Source: Candidatus Gottesmanbacteria bacterium (lineage in GTDB: Bacteria > Patescibacteriota > Microgenomatia > UBA10105 > UBA927). Taken from it: DNA of 64,000 nt. How positions within the stretch are numbered: the stretch's first letter is position 1; each line of letters begins with the position of its first letter. Of this stretch, positions 19,948 through 51,838 are shown one piece after another. The position numbers and the translations under genes are program-made. The notes beneath the pieces were generated by a model. The model saw nothing but the letters and a program-made list of their open reading frames with translations, ran no database searches and had not been told where the DNA came from. The DNA lies in the NCBI GenBank assembly GCA_963711735.1, contig CAVQFA010000005.1, forward strand, positions 7,525-71,524, read 5' to 3'.

Positions 19948-20448
19948 ATGAAAAAAGAAAAAGGATTTACACTTATTGAAATACTCGTTTCAATATCCAT
20001 CATGGCGCTGGTGCTGATTATTGCCATTCCGAACTTCGTATCCGCACGCGCACGCGCCCGTGACTCAAAAAATAAACAGGAAGCGAGAGAATTGAAAAGT
20101 GCCGTCCGGATGTACTATAACGATTATCAAACATACCCCGATGATGATGCCGGTGGCATATTAGGATGTGGCGCAAACGGTACAACCGCGTGCAGTTGTG
20201 CAGATACCTATAACTTTGCTGCAGGAGGGTCAGGATCAGACGTTGTCTATATGAAAACATTTCCTTCGGCATTCTGTGCAAATCCAATGACAATGCAGTA
20301 TTACCAACTTGATGATGCCGGTGAAACGTTTTGTATCAGAGTACCACTTGAAAACACCGGTGATCCTGATATAGCAACAAGCATGACGCAATGCTCTTCT
20401 TCCTGTCCCAACAGCATCGGTGCTTTTTATACTGTGTGTGAAGATTAA
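19948..20448 (+). CDS. Type IV pilin/GspG-like protein
   Basis: G|FTLIEIL, PNF..AR.RARD, MYYND..TYP, LENTGD, Cys-rich C-terminus. Confidence 0.9.
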   Translation: MKKEKGFTLIEILVSISIMALVLIIAIPNFVSARARARDSKNKQEARELKSAVRMYYNDYQTYPDDDAGGILGCGANGTTACSCADTYNFAAGGSGSDVVYMKTFPSAFCANPMTMQYYQLDDAGETFCIRVPLENTGDPDIATSMTQCSSSCPNSIGAFYTVCED

Positions 20449-20648
20449 ACCCCCACGTAAGAAGTTCAGATCCTCATTACGTTAGATAAAGTTATATCAT
20501 TGTGAGAAAGAGAATCTTCATTTTGTATATTTCCTTTCACTTTAATTTATTTATAGATATGCATAAAGAAAAAATATAAACCAATATCCTTGTGTAACTT
20601 TACTTACTCGCCGGGAACTTACATACAATTCACGAGATAGTAAAACTT

Positions 20649-41228
<20,580 letters not shown>

Positions 41229-41865
41229 AGAGGTTCCTCTATATACTAGTAAAACCCATTAATAATAAGCTTGTCAAGAGTCTGTCGAGGTTGAGGTGAT
41301 GTAGATGAGTAGTAGAGAGATATGTAAGCGTGAACGCAGTTATTGTGCAGAAATCATACCATTAATGAATATTTCACATATTCCCGCATAATAAGAAATA
41401 GCCATAAATAACAATATAAAATATAATCAATCTACAATTATAATTGATTAAATATAGATGTTATTACTGTCCGTTATTTCTTAGGCATTATTGCATTTCA
41501 TGATAAATGCGGAAATCAAAAAAAGCATCATAATGGGCTATATTTGCTCTTTAACCCATAATATTGATATTTCATACCTTATAGTATTTATTCCTTCAAA
41601 GACTACACATTTTGATTACATATACCCAAAAGCGTGTTATTAGGCTGATTTATCATTCACAATGCTTGATTGCTACATTTTCTTAAACACCTACAAGCGT
41701 GCTTCCGCCTGTCATTTTTTCTAAGTACACATAAATAAAAGGGAAGAGCGAGGCTATATTATTTAAATGGGATATAGTGTATAAACAGTCTTTATTCCGC
41801 ATTTTCGAACGATTTTACGTAGGTTCCAGATGCAGCCGATATTCAATTGCTATATAATAGAAATC

Positions 41866-44536
41866 ATGAAATCTCCAAATTCTTCATACAATCATGAATC
41901 GGTTGAAGCTGAATGGCAGAAAGCCTGGCAGCGTATAGCACTGGATACGGCGGATATAAACAACGCAAAACGGCCGTACTTTAACCTGATGATGTTTCCG
42001 TACCCGTCAGCTGAGGGGCTCCATGTCGGAAATATGTATGCCTTCACCGGCAGCGATATCAACGGCAGGTTTAAAAGGATGCAGGGGTACGATGTGTTTG
42101 AGCCTATCGGTTTAGACGGGTTCGGGATCCATAGTGAAAATTATGCACTGAAAATAGGGAGACATCCTGCCGATCATGCTGTTATTACAGAGCAAAACTT
42201 CTATAAACAGCTGCACACGATAGGTGCAATGTTTGACTGGACGAGGACAGTGGAGACATATGATCCCGGATACTACTCCTGGACGCAATGGCTCTTTGTA
42301 CAGATGTTTAAACACGGACTTGCATACAGAACTAAGGCAAAAGTCAATTATTGTCCCGGATGTAAGACCGTTGTTGCGGACGAACAAGTAATTGATGGTG
42401 TTTGTGAGCGTTGCGGGAATAAAATAGAAAAAAGACTATTGGAACAATGGTTTTTTAGAATTACCGCATATGCGGAGAAACTCCTTTCAAACATTCCCGC
42501 ACTTGATTGGTCAGAAGTTGTGAAAACCGCACAGACCCATTGGCTCGGAAAAAAAGAAGGGATAGAAATTACATACCCGGTGGTTGATACCTATAGTAGT
42601 GATATTGGATGGATTTCTTGTTTTACCACACGTCCCGACACCAATTTTGGTGCTACTTTTGTCGTTATAGCGCCTGAACACCCTTTTGTCAGTCATATGA
42701 TGTCAGTGCTGGACAACGCAAAGCGCGATGAGATAGGCCGTTACATAGAAGAAGCATTAAAAAGATCAGATCAGGAGCGTATCAGCGAGGGGAGGAAAAA
42801 AACAGGCGTTTCTACCGGCCTGTTTGCTATCAATCAGCTGAACGGCTCCAGGATGCCTCTGTATGTCTCCGATTTTGTCCTCATGGGGTTTGGGACCGGT
42901 GCAGTTGTCGGTGTTCCCGGACATGACCTCCGGGATTTCGAATTTGCCCAAGAGTTCCATATTCCTGTTATCCGTGTGGTTGTCGGAGAAGACGGAGTAA
43001 AGGCTCCGATAACTTCTTCAGACCAGGTGCAGGAAGATGATGGTATCATGACGAATTCTGAATTTTTGAACGGTATGGATATACATACGGCAACGAACCG
43101 GATGATGGATTATCTGGAGCAAAAAGGGTGGGGGAAGCGTGTCACGACATACCATCTGCGCGATTGGATAGTCAGCCGTCAAAGATACTGGGGTCCGCCG
43201 ATACCGATGATCTATTGTGCTTCATGTGCCAAAGCAGGGAAAAGCTGGTTTACGACAAAGGAAGCATCCGATTATCAATCAAACAAGATAAGCGCCAGAA
43301 ATTTTCCGGATCATCATGCCGGTATAAATACAGAATCTGAAGCTAAAAAAGAGGCATATCAGGAGGATGCCACAGGTGATATATCCTATAACATGAATGG
43401 GTGGTATCCGGTGTCCGAGAAGGATCTTCCCCTGATTTTACCCAAAATCGATGATTATAAACCGGGAGACGATGGTGTGGCTCCGCTTGCCAAACACAAA
43501 GAGTTTTATGAAACAAAATGTCCTGGCTGCGGAGGATCGGCTGTTCGGGAAACAGATGTATCTGATACATTCTTAGATAGTTCGTGGTATTTTTTACGAT
43601 ATCCGTCCGTTCAACGCACTGATCTATCCTTTGATCCGACAATAACCAAAAAATGGCTTCCGGTTTCCATGTATACCGGCGGGGCAGAGCATAGTGTTTT
43701 GCACCTTCTCTATTCACGCTTTGTCACGATGGCACTCCATACCTGGGGGTATGTAGATTTTGATGAACCGTTTCCGGTCATTTTACGCGCATGGTCTTGT
43801 TATCAAAGACGGTGCGAAGATGAGTAAGTCAAAAGGAAATGTAGTCACTCCGGATGAGTATATAAAAACATATGGTTGTGATGCACTTCGACTCTATTTG
43901 ATGTTTATGGGTCCTTTTTCCCAGGGCGGAGATTTCCGTGATACATCGATGGAAGGTATGGCGAGGTGGATCGGCAGGGTGTGGCGGATGGGTGTAGCGA
44001 GTATCGAAAAAAGAAATGAGAAAGACGGACAGAAGGATAAAGATCTGGAACGTGCGATGAATAAGCTTATTCAAAAAATAACTGATGATGCAGAGAAACG
44101 TCGGTACAACACGGCAATTGCCTCAATGATGGAGTACACAAATACGGTTGCCGATTCCGGTGGCACTCTGCCGGGTCCATTGCTTGAAAAATTTCTCCTT
44201 ATTCTCGCGCCCTTTGCGCCGTTTATCACTGAGGAATTATGGCAACGGATGCACGGGAAGACCGGTACAATGATCACAAAGAAAGATTCTATACATTCCC
44301 AACCCTGGCCGACAGCCGGGAAGGTTGATACTTCGGGGGAAACCGTCACCGTGATTGTGCAGGTTAACGGCAAACTCCGGGACAGACTGATACTTCCCAG
44401 AACTGATGCTGAAAATAAAACAAAATTGCAGGCTGCAGCGCTTTCTGCCGGTGGTGCCCGCACGTACCTTTCTAAAGGGAAGCTGACAAAGACGATTGTT
44501 GTCCCCGGCAAACTCGTGAACTTCGTTGTTTTGTAA
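41866..44536 (+). CDS. leuS: Leucine--tRNA ligase (one-base frameshift near 43772, probable sequencing error)
   Basis: MFPYPS, HVGN (HIGH), TTRPDT, GTGAVVGVPGHD, SRQRYWG, GGAEH; KMSKS and VQVNGKLR in the second frame; removing one base gives DEPFRSFYAHG. Confidence 0.97.
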
Positions 44537-44607
44537 GACGCAAAAATCTTTCAGGCGAACAATTTTTCCACTGGCAGGAGGCTGTATTTTATGTTTTACT
44601 AATCCTA

Positions 44608-45306
44608 ATGGACCTGCCCGGAAATCTCAACGACCCTAGTGGTGAGGGGAATGTACTTTCTCAGTATAAAATACCGATACTGCTCGGAGGAGTCAGCATT
44701 CTTTCCGTCATCATTGCCATCATTCTTCTTGTCCGGACGACCCAAAGTACCGATCCGATCAGTTTTTCCGATATAGAAGGGGATATTGCGGGTGTAAAAA
44801 CACAGTCGATAACGGTGGATATCGAAGGGGGAGTAGTACAGCCCGGTGTTTACACGCTGCCGGTAAATTCACGGGTAGAGGATGCAATTCTCAAAGCCGG
44901 TGGTCTTTCCGGGGATGCGGACACGGAAACGATCGCTAAAGCACTCAACCGCGCACAAATACTGGGGGATGGAGTGAAGCTTTTCATACCGAAAACGAAT
45001 ACCGACACGACATCGCACAATGTAGATTCTGCGACACGTACGAACGTATCACTTGATCCGGCGCTATTATCCGCAGCCGGATCCGGGTCGCAAAACATGC
45101 TTATACAGGATGGGACTTCTGTGAATATTCTTGTTAGCATTAACACCGCTGATGCAACTTCGCTTGATTCTCTGCCCGGAGTCGGTCCGGCAACAATTGC
45201 CAAGATTATAGCAGGCAGACCGTATGGGTCTTTGGAAGAGCTCGTGAGTAAAAAGGCAGTCGGCAAGGCGACATTTGCCAAAATTCAGGCTCTTATTAGT
45301 TTATAG
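44608..45306 (+). CDS. comEA: Competence protein ComEA (TM, SLBB, helix-hairpin-helix)
   Basis: VDIEGGVVQPGVY..RVEDAI..AGG, LN.A....DG, INTA....LDSLPGVGP. Confidence 0.93.
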   Translation: MDLPGNLNDPSGEGNVLSQYKIPILLGGVSILSVIIAIILLVRTTQSTDPISFSDIEGDIAGVKTQSITVDIEGGVVQPGVYTLPVNSRVEDAILKAGGLSGDADTETIAKALNRAQILGDGVKLFIPKTNTDTTSHNVDSATRTNVSLDPALLSAAGSGSQNMLIQDGTSVNILVSINTADATSLDSLPGVGPATIAKIIAGRPYGSLEELVSKKAVGKATFAKIQALISL

Positions 45307-45458
45307 CATTGGGACGGTCTATATACGACCCTCCAGGATGCCCCAGGAAGGCTGATTTTACCGGTACCGGTTATATGATTCACAATTTAGATATCCGGAT
45401 GATTACATCATACTAAAATGAACATTCATATCCGATACCGTACAACATACAACCTACA

Positions 45459-46358
45459 ATGCTTATGATATCCATTTCCGATGTCACTCTCCGCATTGCC
45501 CAGTTTCTGCCCGAACCGCACGCAGGACTTTTATCCGGCATTCTTTTCGGTGCGAAAGCAGACATCCCGCGCGATCTTTATGATGCACTTGTGACGACCG
45601 GAACGCTCCATATAGTCGCGTTGTCAGGAACCAATATTACCATTATGACGACACTTGTCAGTCTCTCCCTCCTGTGGATTGTTTCGAGAAGAATAGCGAG
45701 TTTGCTAACGATTATAATTATTATAGGTTTTATATGGTTTGTCGGTCCATCTCCAAGTGTTATACGGGCCGCCATTATGGGCTGTATTGCACTTCTCGGA
45801 GTCATATTCGGTCGTTCCGTGTGGGCATTTTGGAGTTGGATTATTGCTATCTTCGCGATGCTTGTATTTGATATATCTAACGGTACGGATATATCCTTTC
45901 AGCTGTCGGTTTTTGCGACGCTTGGTATGATTCTCTATGGAGGTGAAAAGAAAAAACTGCATCACAGTACCCTACTGCCTGTTACTTCTCAAGTTTCAAA
46001 CCAGCCTCCCTTAGGAAGTTTCGCGTCTCAGCTAATTTCGTCCGTAAATGTTATTGTACAGAGCCTCAAAGATACGCTCAGGACAGACCTTCGGCTTACG
46101 CTCGCTGCGCAGGTTTTCACCATTCCCATCATACTGTTTCATTTTCACCGTATAAGTCTCATCTCCCCACTTCCGAATCTCGCAATCGGCTGGATACTCC
46201 CACCGCTTACCATGATGGGGTTTATTATGGTGCTTTGTAGTTTGATCTGGTATCCGCTTGGATATGCTACAGCGTGGATTTGCTGGCTGGCTTTGGATTA
46301 CGTGATCCGCGTGGTTTTCTTTTTCTCTTCCGTTCCGTTTGCATCGCTTGGATGGTAG
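45459..46358 (+). CDS. comEC: ComEC competence (membrane) domain, split gene part 1
   Basis: GLLSGILFG, TGTLHIVALSG.N, PSVIRAAIM, SFQLS..AT. Confidence 0.92.
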   Translation: MLMISISDVTLRIAQFLPEPHAGLLSGILFGAKADIPRDLYDALVTTGTLHIVALSGTNITIMTTLVSLSLLWIVSRRIASLLTIIIIIGFIWFVGPSPSVIRAAIMGCIALLGVIFGRSVWAFWSWIIAIFAMLVFDISNGTDISFQLSVFATLGMILYGGEKKKLHHSTLLPVTSQVSNQPPLGSFASQLISSVNVIVQSLKDTLRTDLRLTLAAQVFTIPIILFHFHRISLISPLPNLAIGWILPPLTMMGFIMVLCSLIWYPLGYATAWICWLALDYVIRVVFFFSSVPFASLGW

Positions 46359-46409
46359 TTTTGCATCTCTTCTTTGACTCTTCCCTCACGAATCTTTACT
46401 CTTATATAT

Positions 46410-47405
46410 ATGTTCCGTCTCCGCACAGGGTACCTTATCTCCGGAATTGCAACAGGAGTTATGATTCTCTTCTCGTTTCTCAATTCTTTACCTGACGGGA
46501 AGCTCCATATGGTGTTTTGTAATGTCGGTCAGGGTGATGCCGCGTACATACGTTTTCCGGACGGGAGGGATGCTCTTATCGACGGAGGTCCGAATAACTC
46601 GGTTTTGGCGTGCCTGGGGAGGCACATGCCGTTTTGGGACCGGACGCTTGATCTCGTCATCCTCACACATCCGGAAAAAGATCACATGAACGGTGTAATC
46701 AGCGTTTTGAGTCGTTACAACGTTATAAGTCTCGTCCGGAGTGATGTGTCGGCAGGGACGGAGGGATTTACGAAATTTGAAGACATCATCCGGCAAAAGC
46801 GTATACCGGTGAAGTTAGCCTCACGGGGACTCACGATGCGTGTCGGATCAGTCTCCCTTTTTACCATCTGGCCGTCCTCGGAGTATATCGCCCGGATAAA
46901 ACAGGACAATTCATCCGTCGGGTATATATCATCTGTCTCACCTCGGGTTCTGGGTGCGACTATAACCAATCTCAATGATGCAAGTGTTGTTTTACATCTC
47001 AGGTACGGGCTGTTTGATGCGTTTCTGCCGGGGGATGCTGATGCGGAAGTAGATCCGGGGATACTGTCAGGTATGCCCGTCATTCCCGACGGGCTTGAGG
47101 TTCTCAAAGTACCGCATCATGGGAGTAAAGCAGGGATGACCGACAGCCTCATTTCCCGTTTATACACAAGTACGGCTTCCGGGGGCGGCTATTTACAAAG
47201 CAAGAACAGTTCACAGCCTCTGGCAGTTGTTTCTGTCGGCAAAAACTCCTACGGCCACCCAAGTTCCGAAATGGTTGCCAAATTAGAAAAAAAGGGAGTG
47301 AGGATTGTGAGAACCGACCTGTCCGGTGACATAGAGATTATCTCCGACGGTCGTATATGGAAGGTAGGGACGCAGAAAGTTACTTCCTCACCCACCAATC
47401 TTTAA
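46410..47405 (+). CDS. ComEC/Rec2 metallo-beta-lactamase domain protein, split gene part 2
   Basis: NVGQGDA, LIDGGP, THPEKDH, N.AS, GD, KVPHHGS, SVG.NSYGHP, RTD..G. Confidence 0.92.
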   Translation: MFRLRTGYLISGIATGVMILFSFLNSLPDGKLHMVFCNVGQGDAAYIRFPDGRDALIDGGPNNSVLACLGRHMPFWDRTLDLVILTHPEKDHMNGVISVLSRYNVISLVRSDVSAGTEGFTKFEDIIRQKRIPVKLASRGLTMRVGSVSLFTIWPSSEYIARIKQDNSSVGYISSVSPRVLGATITNLNDASVVLHLRYGLFDAFLPGDADAEVDPGILSGMPVIPDGLEVLKVPHHGSKAGMTDSLISRLYTSTASGGGYLQSKNSSQPLAVVSVGKNSYGHPSSEMVAKLEKKGVRIVRTDLSGDIEIISDGRIWKVGTQKVTSSPTNL

Positions 47406-48879
47406 GATCAGGCATCCGGCGGAAATTCGCGTACAGGTAATCCAGCGTGTTGATCGGTGTAAACCACGTTTCATAGTCACTCATGATGATGTACTCCACC
47501 CTCTCCCTTTTCCAGAAAGTTATCTGGTCTTCATAGCGAGCGCGCACCTGGGGTGCCACTTCAGGCAGAAATATTCCGTACGGCACATGGTAGGTGAATG
47601 ATCGAAACCAATAACCCGGATATATCCGCGCTTCCGCCGGGATTTTACTCCATATTGCTTTAACGTCCCGGATGCCTCCGTCCGAACCCATGTTTGAGCG
47701 AACTATATTTGCAACACTTGCAGACCTGACAGGAAAACTGATTAGAATTATGAAAATGGCTGTTACAACAACTCCGAAGATCATTGGTTTCGTCCGCGTT
47801 TCCATTATCCGTCCGAGCGCATACGAAGCAATAATACCGGCAAAAAGTACATGTGGTTGGTAATACTGGACAAACGCATTTTTAATCGTGAGGATGAGCC
47901 CAAGCTGTCCGACAAGCGAAAGTGTGATTACAGCCGGAAAGACCATCTCCCCTCTTTTTTTACGGATATTCAATAACCATTGCAGCAAACCTGCCATAAC
48001 GAGTATCGGAAGAGCATACGCAGCGAGTATCCAATGGTACGGTTTTCCCGGAAGGCCGAATATGAGATTGTTGTCCGGACGGTAAAAAAAGCCAAAGCGG
48101 ATCGGATTACCTATGGCTCCGGTCTGGCGGACAGCATCAACAACAACGCTTGTTGCCATAACCTGAAATGATCCCCGGATAAAGAAATATCCGCCGAACA
48201 GGAGGAATGGAAGGAGAAATCCGACAATGAGAATGCCAAGATTCATAATTTTCCTTGTTATGATGAGCCAAAGGGCAAAAAGCATGAGGGTAGCGGAGGC
48301 TGCAGGAAGGATCTTAACGGATGTTATGAGTCCGGTCCCAAAGAGGATGCCTGCAATCAGCCAGGATGCGGCTTTCTGTTTCTTTACCGCAACAGACGAA
48401 AAATAAAGGCCCGCCATCCAGAGTGTCAGCATGATGTTATCTGGCCGTATCTGCATACCGGAGAAGGTGGAAAACGGATCAAGGAGAAGGAGCACAACGA
48501 GTATCCATCCGGTCCGTACGCCCCAAACGTTGCGGGCAAAAAACCACGCGAAAGTAAGTCTCAGCAGGTAAAAAAGAATCATTATGATACGGGCTTTATA
48601 TACCGTATCAAACGAAAAACCAAAGACGGTAAAAAGCGGAACGAGGATCCAATGAAGTATCGGTGTACAAAACATCCAAAGATCTGTAAACAATTTTTGG
48701 CCACGGGCTATAAGATAGACGTACTGCACATGCACCATTTCATCGCCAAAGAACGAAAACCAGTAACCGGATCTCACAACGCCGGAGAGCAGATATAAAG
48801 CCAGAGCTATCCAGGAGGTTGTTTCTATTATTTGGATGACTTTCCGGACACGCATATGCTTTCCGTCTATTTTCTCCAT
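47380..48879 (-). CDS. GT-C (ArnT/PMT-like) membrane glycosyltransferase; paralog of 10062-11603
   Basis: GDEMVH, TPILHWIL.P, ARIIM, QIRPDN, QYY.P match the paralog. Confidence 0.78.
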   Translation of the reverse strand: MEKIDGKHMRVRKVIQIIETTSWIALALYLLSGVVRSGYWFSFFGDEMVHVQYVYLIARGQKLFTDLWMFCTPILHWILVPLFTVFGFSFDTVYKARIIMILFYLLRLTFAWFFARNVWGVRTGWILVVLLLLDPFSTFSGMQIRPDNIMLTLWMAGLYFSSVAVKKQKAASWLIAGILFGTGLITSVKILPAASATLMLFALWLIITRKIMNLGILIVGFLLPFLLFGGYFFIRGSFQVMATSVVVDAVRQTGAIGNPIRFGFFYRPDNNLIFGLPGKPYHWILAAYALPILVMAGLLQWLLNIRKKRGEMVFPAVITLSLVGQLGLILTIKNAFVQYYQPHVLFAGIIASYALGRIMETRTKPMIFGVVVTAIFIILISFPVRSASVANIVRSNMGSDGGIRDVKAIWSKIPAEARIYPGYWFRSFTYHVPYGIFLPEVAPQVRARYEDQITFWKRERVEYIIMSDYETWFTPINTLDYLYANFRRMPDLKDWWVRK

Positions 48880-48914
48880 TTATGGGTGTTAGCGCAAGAA
48901 TGGGTTTTCAGGGT

Positions 48915-49391
48915 TTACTGATGTGATCTTTCTGCACCTGTCTGTATGTTATACAACATAGCAGTTTCAAGCACCATGGAAAGAGCATACCGGTAAAATG
49001 TAGTCGATTTGGTTGGACGCGCTGATAGCCGATTATACTCATCTGTAATCCATTGTATTCCCCGCGGTGTTAATACCAGAATCGGGAGTTTCGATTCCAG
49101 CTCATCTGTAAATCGGTTTTCTCTCGTTTGGAAGTACTTTATGTATGGTTCTTCGGTATTCGTGATTTCCGGTATGGCTCTTTGTATCCGTAGAACTGCC
49201 TTGCTTGCACGGATTTTAGCTGCGGGAGGTTCATATCCTTCAATGCGTAAATTCTTTATATACATTTGAAATAATACGAGATTGATAGGGAGATGGTCAG
49301 GATATTGCCGTACGAACGATTCCATTTTAGCCATGAAAGCTCCATCCGGTACATAATGTACCTCGATTATCTGTTCCTTTTTTGCTGTCAT
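48915..49391 (-). CDS. Hypothetical protein
   Basis: 158-aa ATG ORF with TAGAAT 8 nt upstream. Confidence 0.6.
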   Translation of the reverse strand: MTAKKEQIIEVHYVPDGAFMAKMESFVRQYPDHLPINLVLFQMYIKNLRIEGYEPPAAKIRASKAVLRIQRAIPEITNTEEPYIKYFQTRENRFTDELESKLPILVLTPRGIQWITDEYNRLSARPTKSTTFYRYALSMVLETAMLYNIQTGAERSHQ

Positions 49392-49613
49392 AGTAAGGAA
49401 TTCTAATGCATAGGGAAGAGAAAGTAAAAAATACGGATATACCCAGTGGAAAATTTCTGGTTATTTTTCTTAAAAAATATCTATTTAAGGATGGACATAG
49501 GTTATGATGCAATTGGGTTGTCAGAAGAGGAAATATTAGATCCGGTTATATCATATATGCAACACAAAAAATCCTCTCTGCGGGGTTCTTTTTTATATTT
49601 GAATAAACAGCTC

Positions 49614-50642
49614 TCAATTGCAGATTCCCGAGACACATCCGATCGGACATTGCGGATTTGCAACCGCTCCATTGATGATCGGATAATCCCGTACCCACAG
49701 ATCGCCGTTTTCCAGCCACAAGCTGTTAAACAAACGCGGTACTCCGTATAGGTTATTCGGAGCAACAAGGTCAGATTGTGTCGCAACACGTGCTGTTCCG
49801 GGCAAACCGATTTGTTTTCTTGTCCGTACTGCCCATGTTGGTGTTGGTCCGGACCCGTCTACCGGCATGCTTTTTATAGCTGCAATATCTCCTTCAAACC
49901 AGAGCGTTTTGATGAATGTGTTGCCGACGCGTACTTCAGACATAGCCGTGACATTCTTATTTGCTACTTCAGTAGGCAAATCGCTGAATCGAGCGAGTAT
50001 CCATTTCCCGAATGAGTTCGTTTGCGTATTGTATGTACGCTGGAACATTTTTTGGAATGTCTGGAAATTGCCGTACAGACCCGATACCCAGACCGTCTGG
50101 TAGAGTATTGTGGATGTGCCCGGTGTATACCCCATAAAGTCAGATGCGGCATCGATTCTCAATGATTCGGGCATATAGTTTGGCACTGCCGCTAATACCG
50201 AAGGGATGATATTGAGCCTCGCGATCGGATTAGATAGTGCAGTCCAGTTTGCATTTGGTGTATTTGCCCATTCAGACCACACGTTGTAGCGTTGGTCCGT
50301 CGGTATATTTGTTTCACGGATATATAACTGCATTCCGGTTGATTTATCAAAACGGTAAATTGCCTGGTGCAGTTTGCCTCCGAAGATACTGTCTGTTTGT
50401 GCCGTTATAGTACCGGTTCCCGGAAGTCGTATGGACGGCACACTCGCAGTTCGTTTGACCCAGGGCATAGCGCATACCGGTGCAAAGCCGGATGCACGCG
50501 ACCGGGTATCAGTATTCCCTTTCTGCACCACCTGCATTGTTACAGCTATAATACCCAAAAGTACCGCAATGAAAACGAGCGGCATGATGAGAGACATAGG
50601 CGATTTGAATGCAGATTTCGTAATTTTCTTCATTTTTGCCAT
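49614..50642 (-). CDS. Membrane-anchored extracellular beta-rich protein
   Basis: Basic N-terminus, TM, DTRSRAS motif, internal repeat LPGT....Q.D, Cys-rich tail; AAGGAGGTG SD upstream. Confidence 0.75.
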   Translation of the reverse strand: MAKMKKITKSAFKSPMSLIMPLVFIAVLLGIIAVTMQVVQKGNTDTRSRASGFAPVCAMPWVKRTASVPSIRLPGTGTITAQTDSIFGGKLHQAIYRFDKSTGMQLYIRETNIPTDQRYNVWSEWANTPNANWTALSNPIARLNIIPSVLAAVPNYMPESLRIDAASDFMGYTPGTSTILYQTVWVSGLYGNFQTFQKMFQRTYNTQTNSFGKWILARFSDLPTEVANKNVTAMSEVRVGNTFIKTLWFEGDIAAIKSMPVDGSGPTPTWAVRTRKQIGLPGTARVATQSDLVAPNNLYGVPRLFNSLWLENGDLWVRDYPIINGAVANPQCPIGCVSGICN

Positions 50643-50837
50643 AACATATCACCTCCTTATATATTTAGGATCTACTATCAGAATGAAGGAGTTATAGTAC
50701 GTTGTCAAGAAGTGTGAAGAATCAGACATGGGGATGATTCCATGCATGAGCTATAAGAATGTGTTTGGGGCATCAGGTGTCTTTTCTCACCAATAAAATT
50801 GTTCCGGATAAAGGCGGTAGAATAAAAAGCTGAAAAC

Positions 50838-51737
50838 CTATTTTTTTATCAGATACTTCTTTACGAAGTAGATAATGATAAGTATCGGGATCCAGATGAC
50901 GCTGTAAACCGCAAGCCAGATGCCGGCACCCGCAACTTTCCGGAGTTCTGATATGAGTGACCGTACGGCTGTTTTAAATATGACTTCCGGTCGCCATGTA
51001 TCTGATGGGGCATACGGGAGGGCTAACTCATCAGTTGAAAGGTAGATGGTGACGCGCGCGAGTTTGGCATTATTTTTCAATGCTTCCTGGGATCCTTTGA
51101 GGCTGTCGATTTGCTCCTGGATGTTGACTATTTGGTTTGTGAGGTTCGTGATATCGGAAATTTCCCGGGCTGTTGCCATGATTTCCTCATACTTCGTCAT
51201 GGTTTTTTCAAGGATTGCGATCCTTTTGTCGACATCGATGTACTGATCCGTCACGTCCGAGCCTGACAGGTTTTCTGACACAACTTTGACAGCCATACCC
51301 CTCAGCGCTGTCAGGAAAGTCTTCAGTTTATCTGATTCTATCCGTACCGTCACAGTTGCAGTCGGCGCATCCTGCGGGTTCGTGACACTCGATGACACCA
51401 TATATCCGCCCATCGTTTCGGCAATAGCGATAATCTGATCGGTGACACCCTGTACGTTTTTAACGAGAAGCGACAAATTTGACTCACGGATAACCATACG
51501 GTTGGTTACCCCGGGTTGCGGAGCTACATCAAACGACGGAGGCATGATTCCTATACTTTTCGCTGCCATCCCGCCGATGGCAGACGGAACTGACTCCATC
51601 ATTGCGTCGGATGACCGGAAAGTAGAAACAGTATTGGTACCCCCGAGCGTGATAATTCTGGATTTCGGGATGAGAAGAACGAGAATGATAACGATAAGAA
51701 GTGCAGTGAGTTTGTTTTGTTTAATCCACTGAATCAT
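50838..51737 (-). CDS. DUF4349-domain membrane protein
   Basis: RMVI....LSL.V, GGY.VSS, ATVTVRI, DVTDQY.D, coiled coil, C-terminal TM. Confidence 0.8.
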   Translation of the reverse strand: MIQWIKQNKLTALLIVIILVLLIPKSRIITLGGTNTVSTFRSSDAMMESVPSAIGGMAAKSIGIMPPSFDVAPQPGVTNRMVIRESNLSLLVKNVQGVTDQIIAIAETMGGYMVSSSVTNPQDAPTATVTVRIESDKLKTFLTALRGMAVKVVSENLSGSDVTDQYIDVDKRIAILEKTMTKYEEIMATAREISDITNLTNQIVNIQEQIDSLKGSQEALKNNAKLARVTIYLSTDELALPYAPSDTWRPEVIFKTAVRSLISELRKVAGAGIWLAVYSVIWIPILIIIYFVKKYLIKK

Positions 51738-51838
51738 AGGAGTACTTCTATGCTACCTCTTGTTCGGAGGTGTTGTCAAATGCGCAGGATTATATTGATT
51801 TTCTTGTCTTAATGTGCTATATAGGGTCAAGCTTCTCT

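Noticed and set aside
41375-41575. dif site or oriC
   Set aside because: No correctly spaced XerC/XerD arm pair and no DnaA-box cluster seen
41866-44536. leuS as a pseudogene or natural two-subunit LeuRS
   Set aside because: One extra base at tttcc (~43772) explains the break; both halves are intact and the gene is essential, so sequencing error is most likely
45459-47405. Split ComEC as a novelty or frameshift
   Set aside because: Both genes have clean starts and stops; separate competence and MBL genes are a known arrangement
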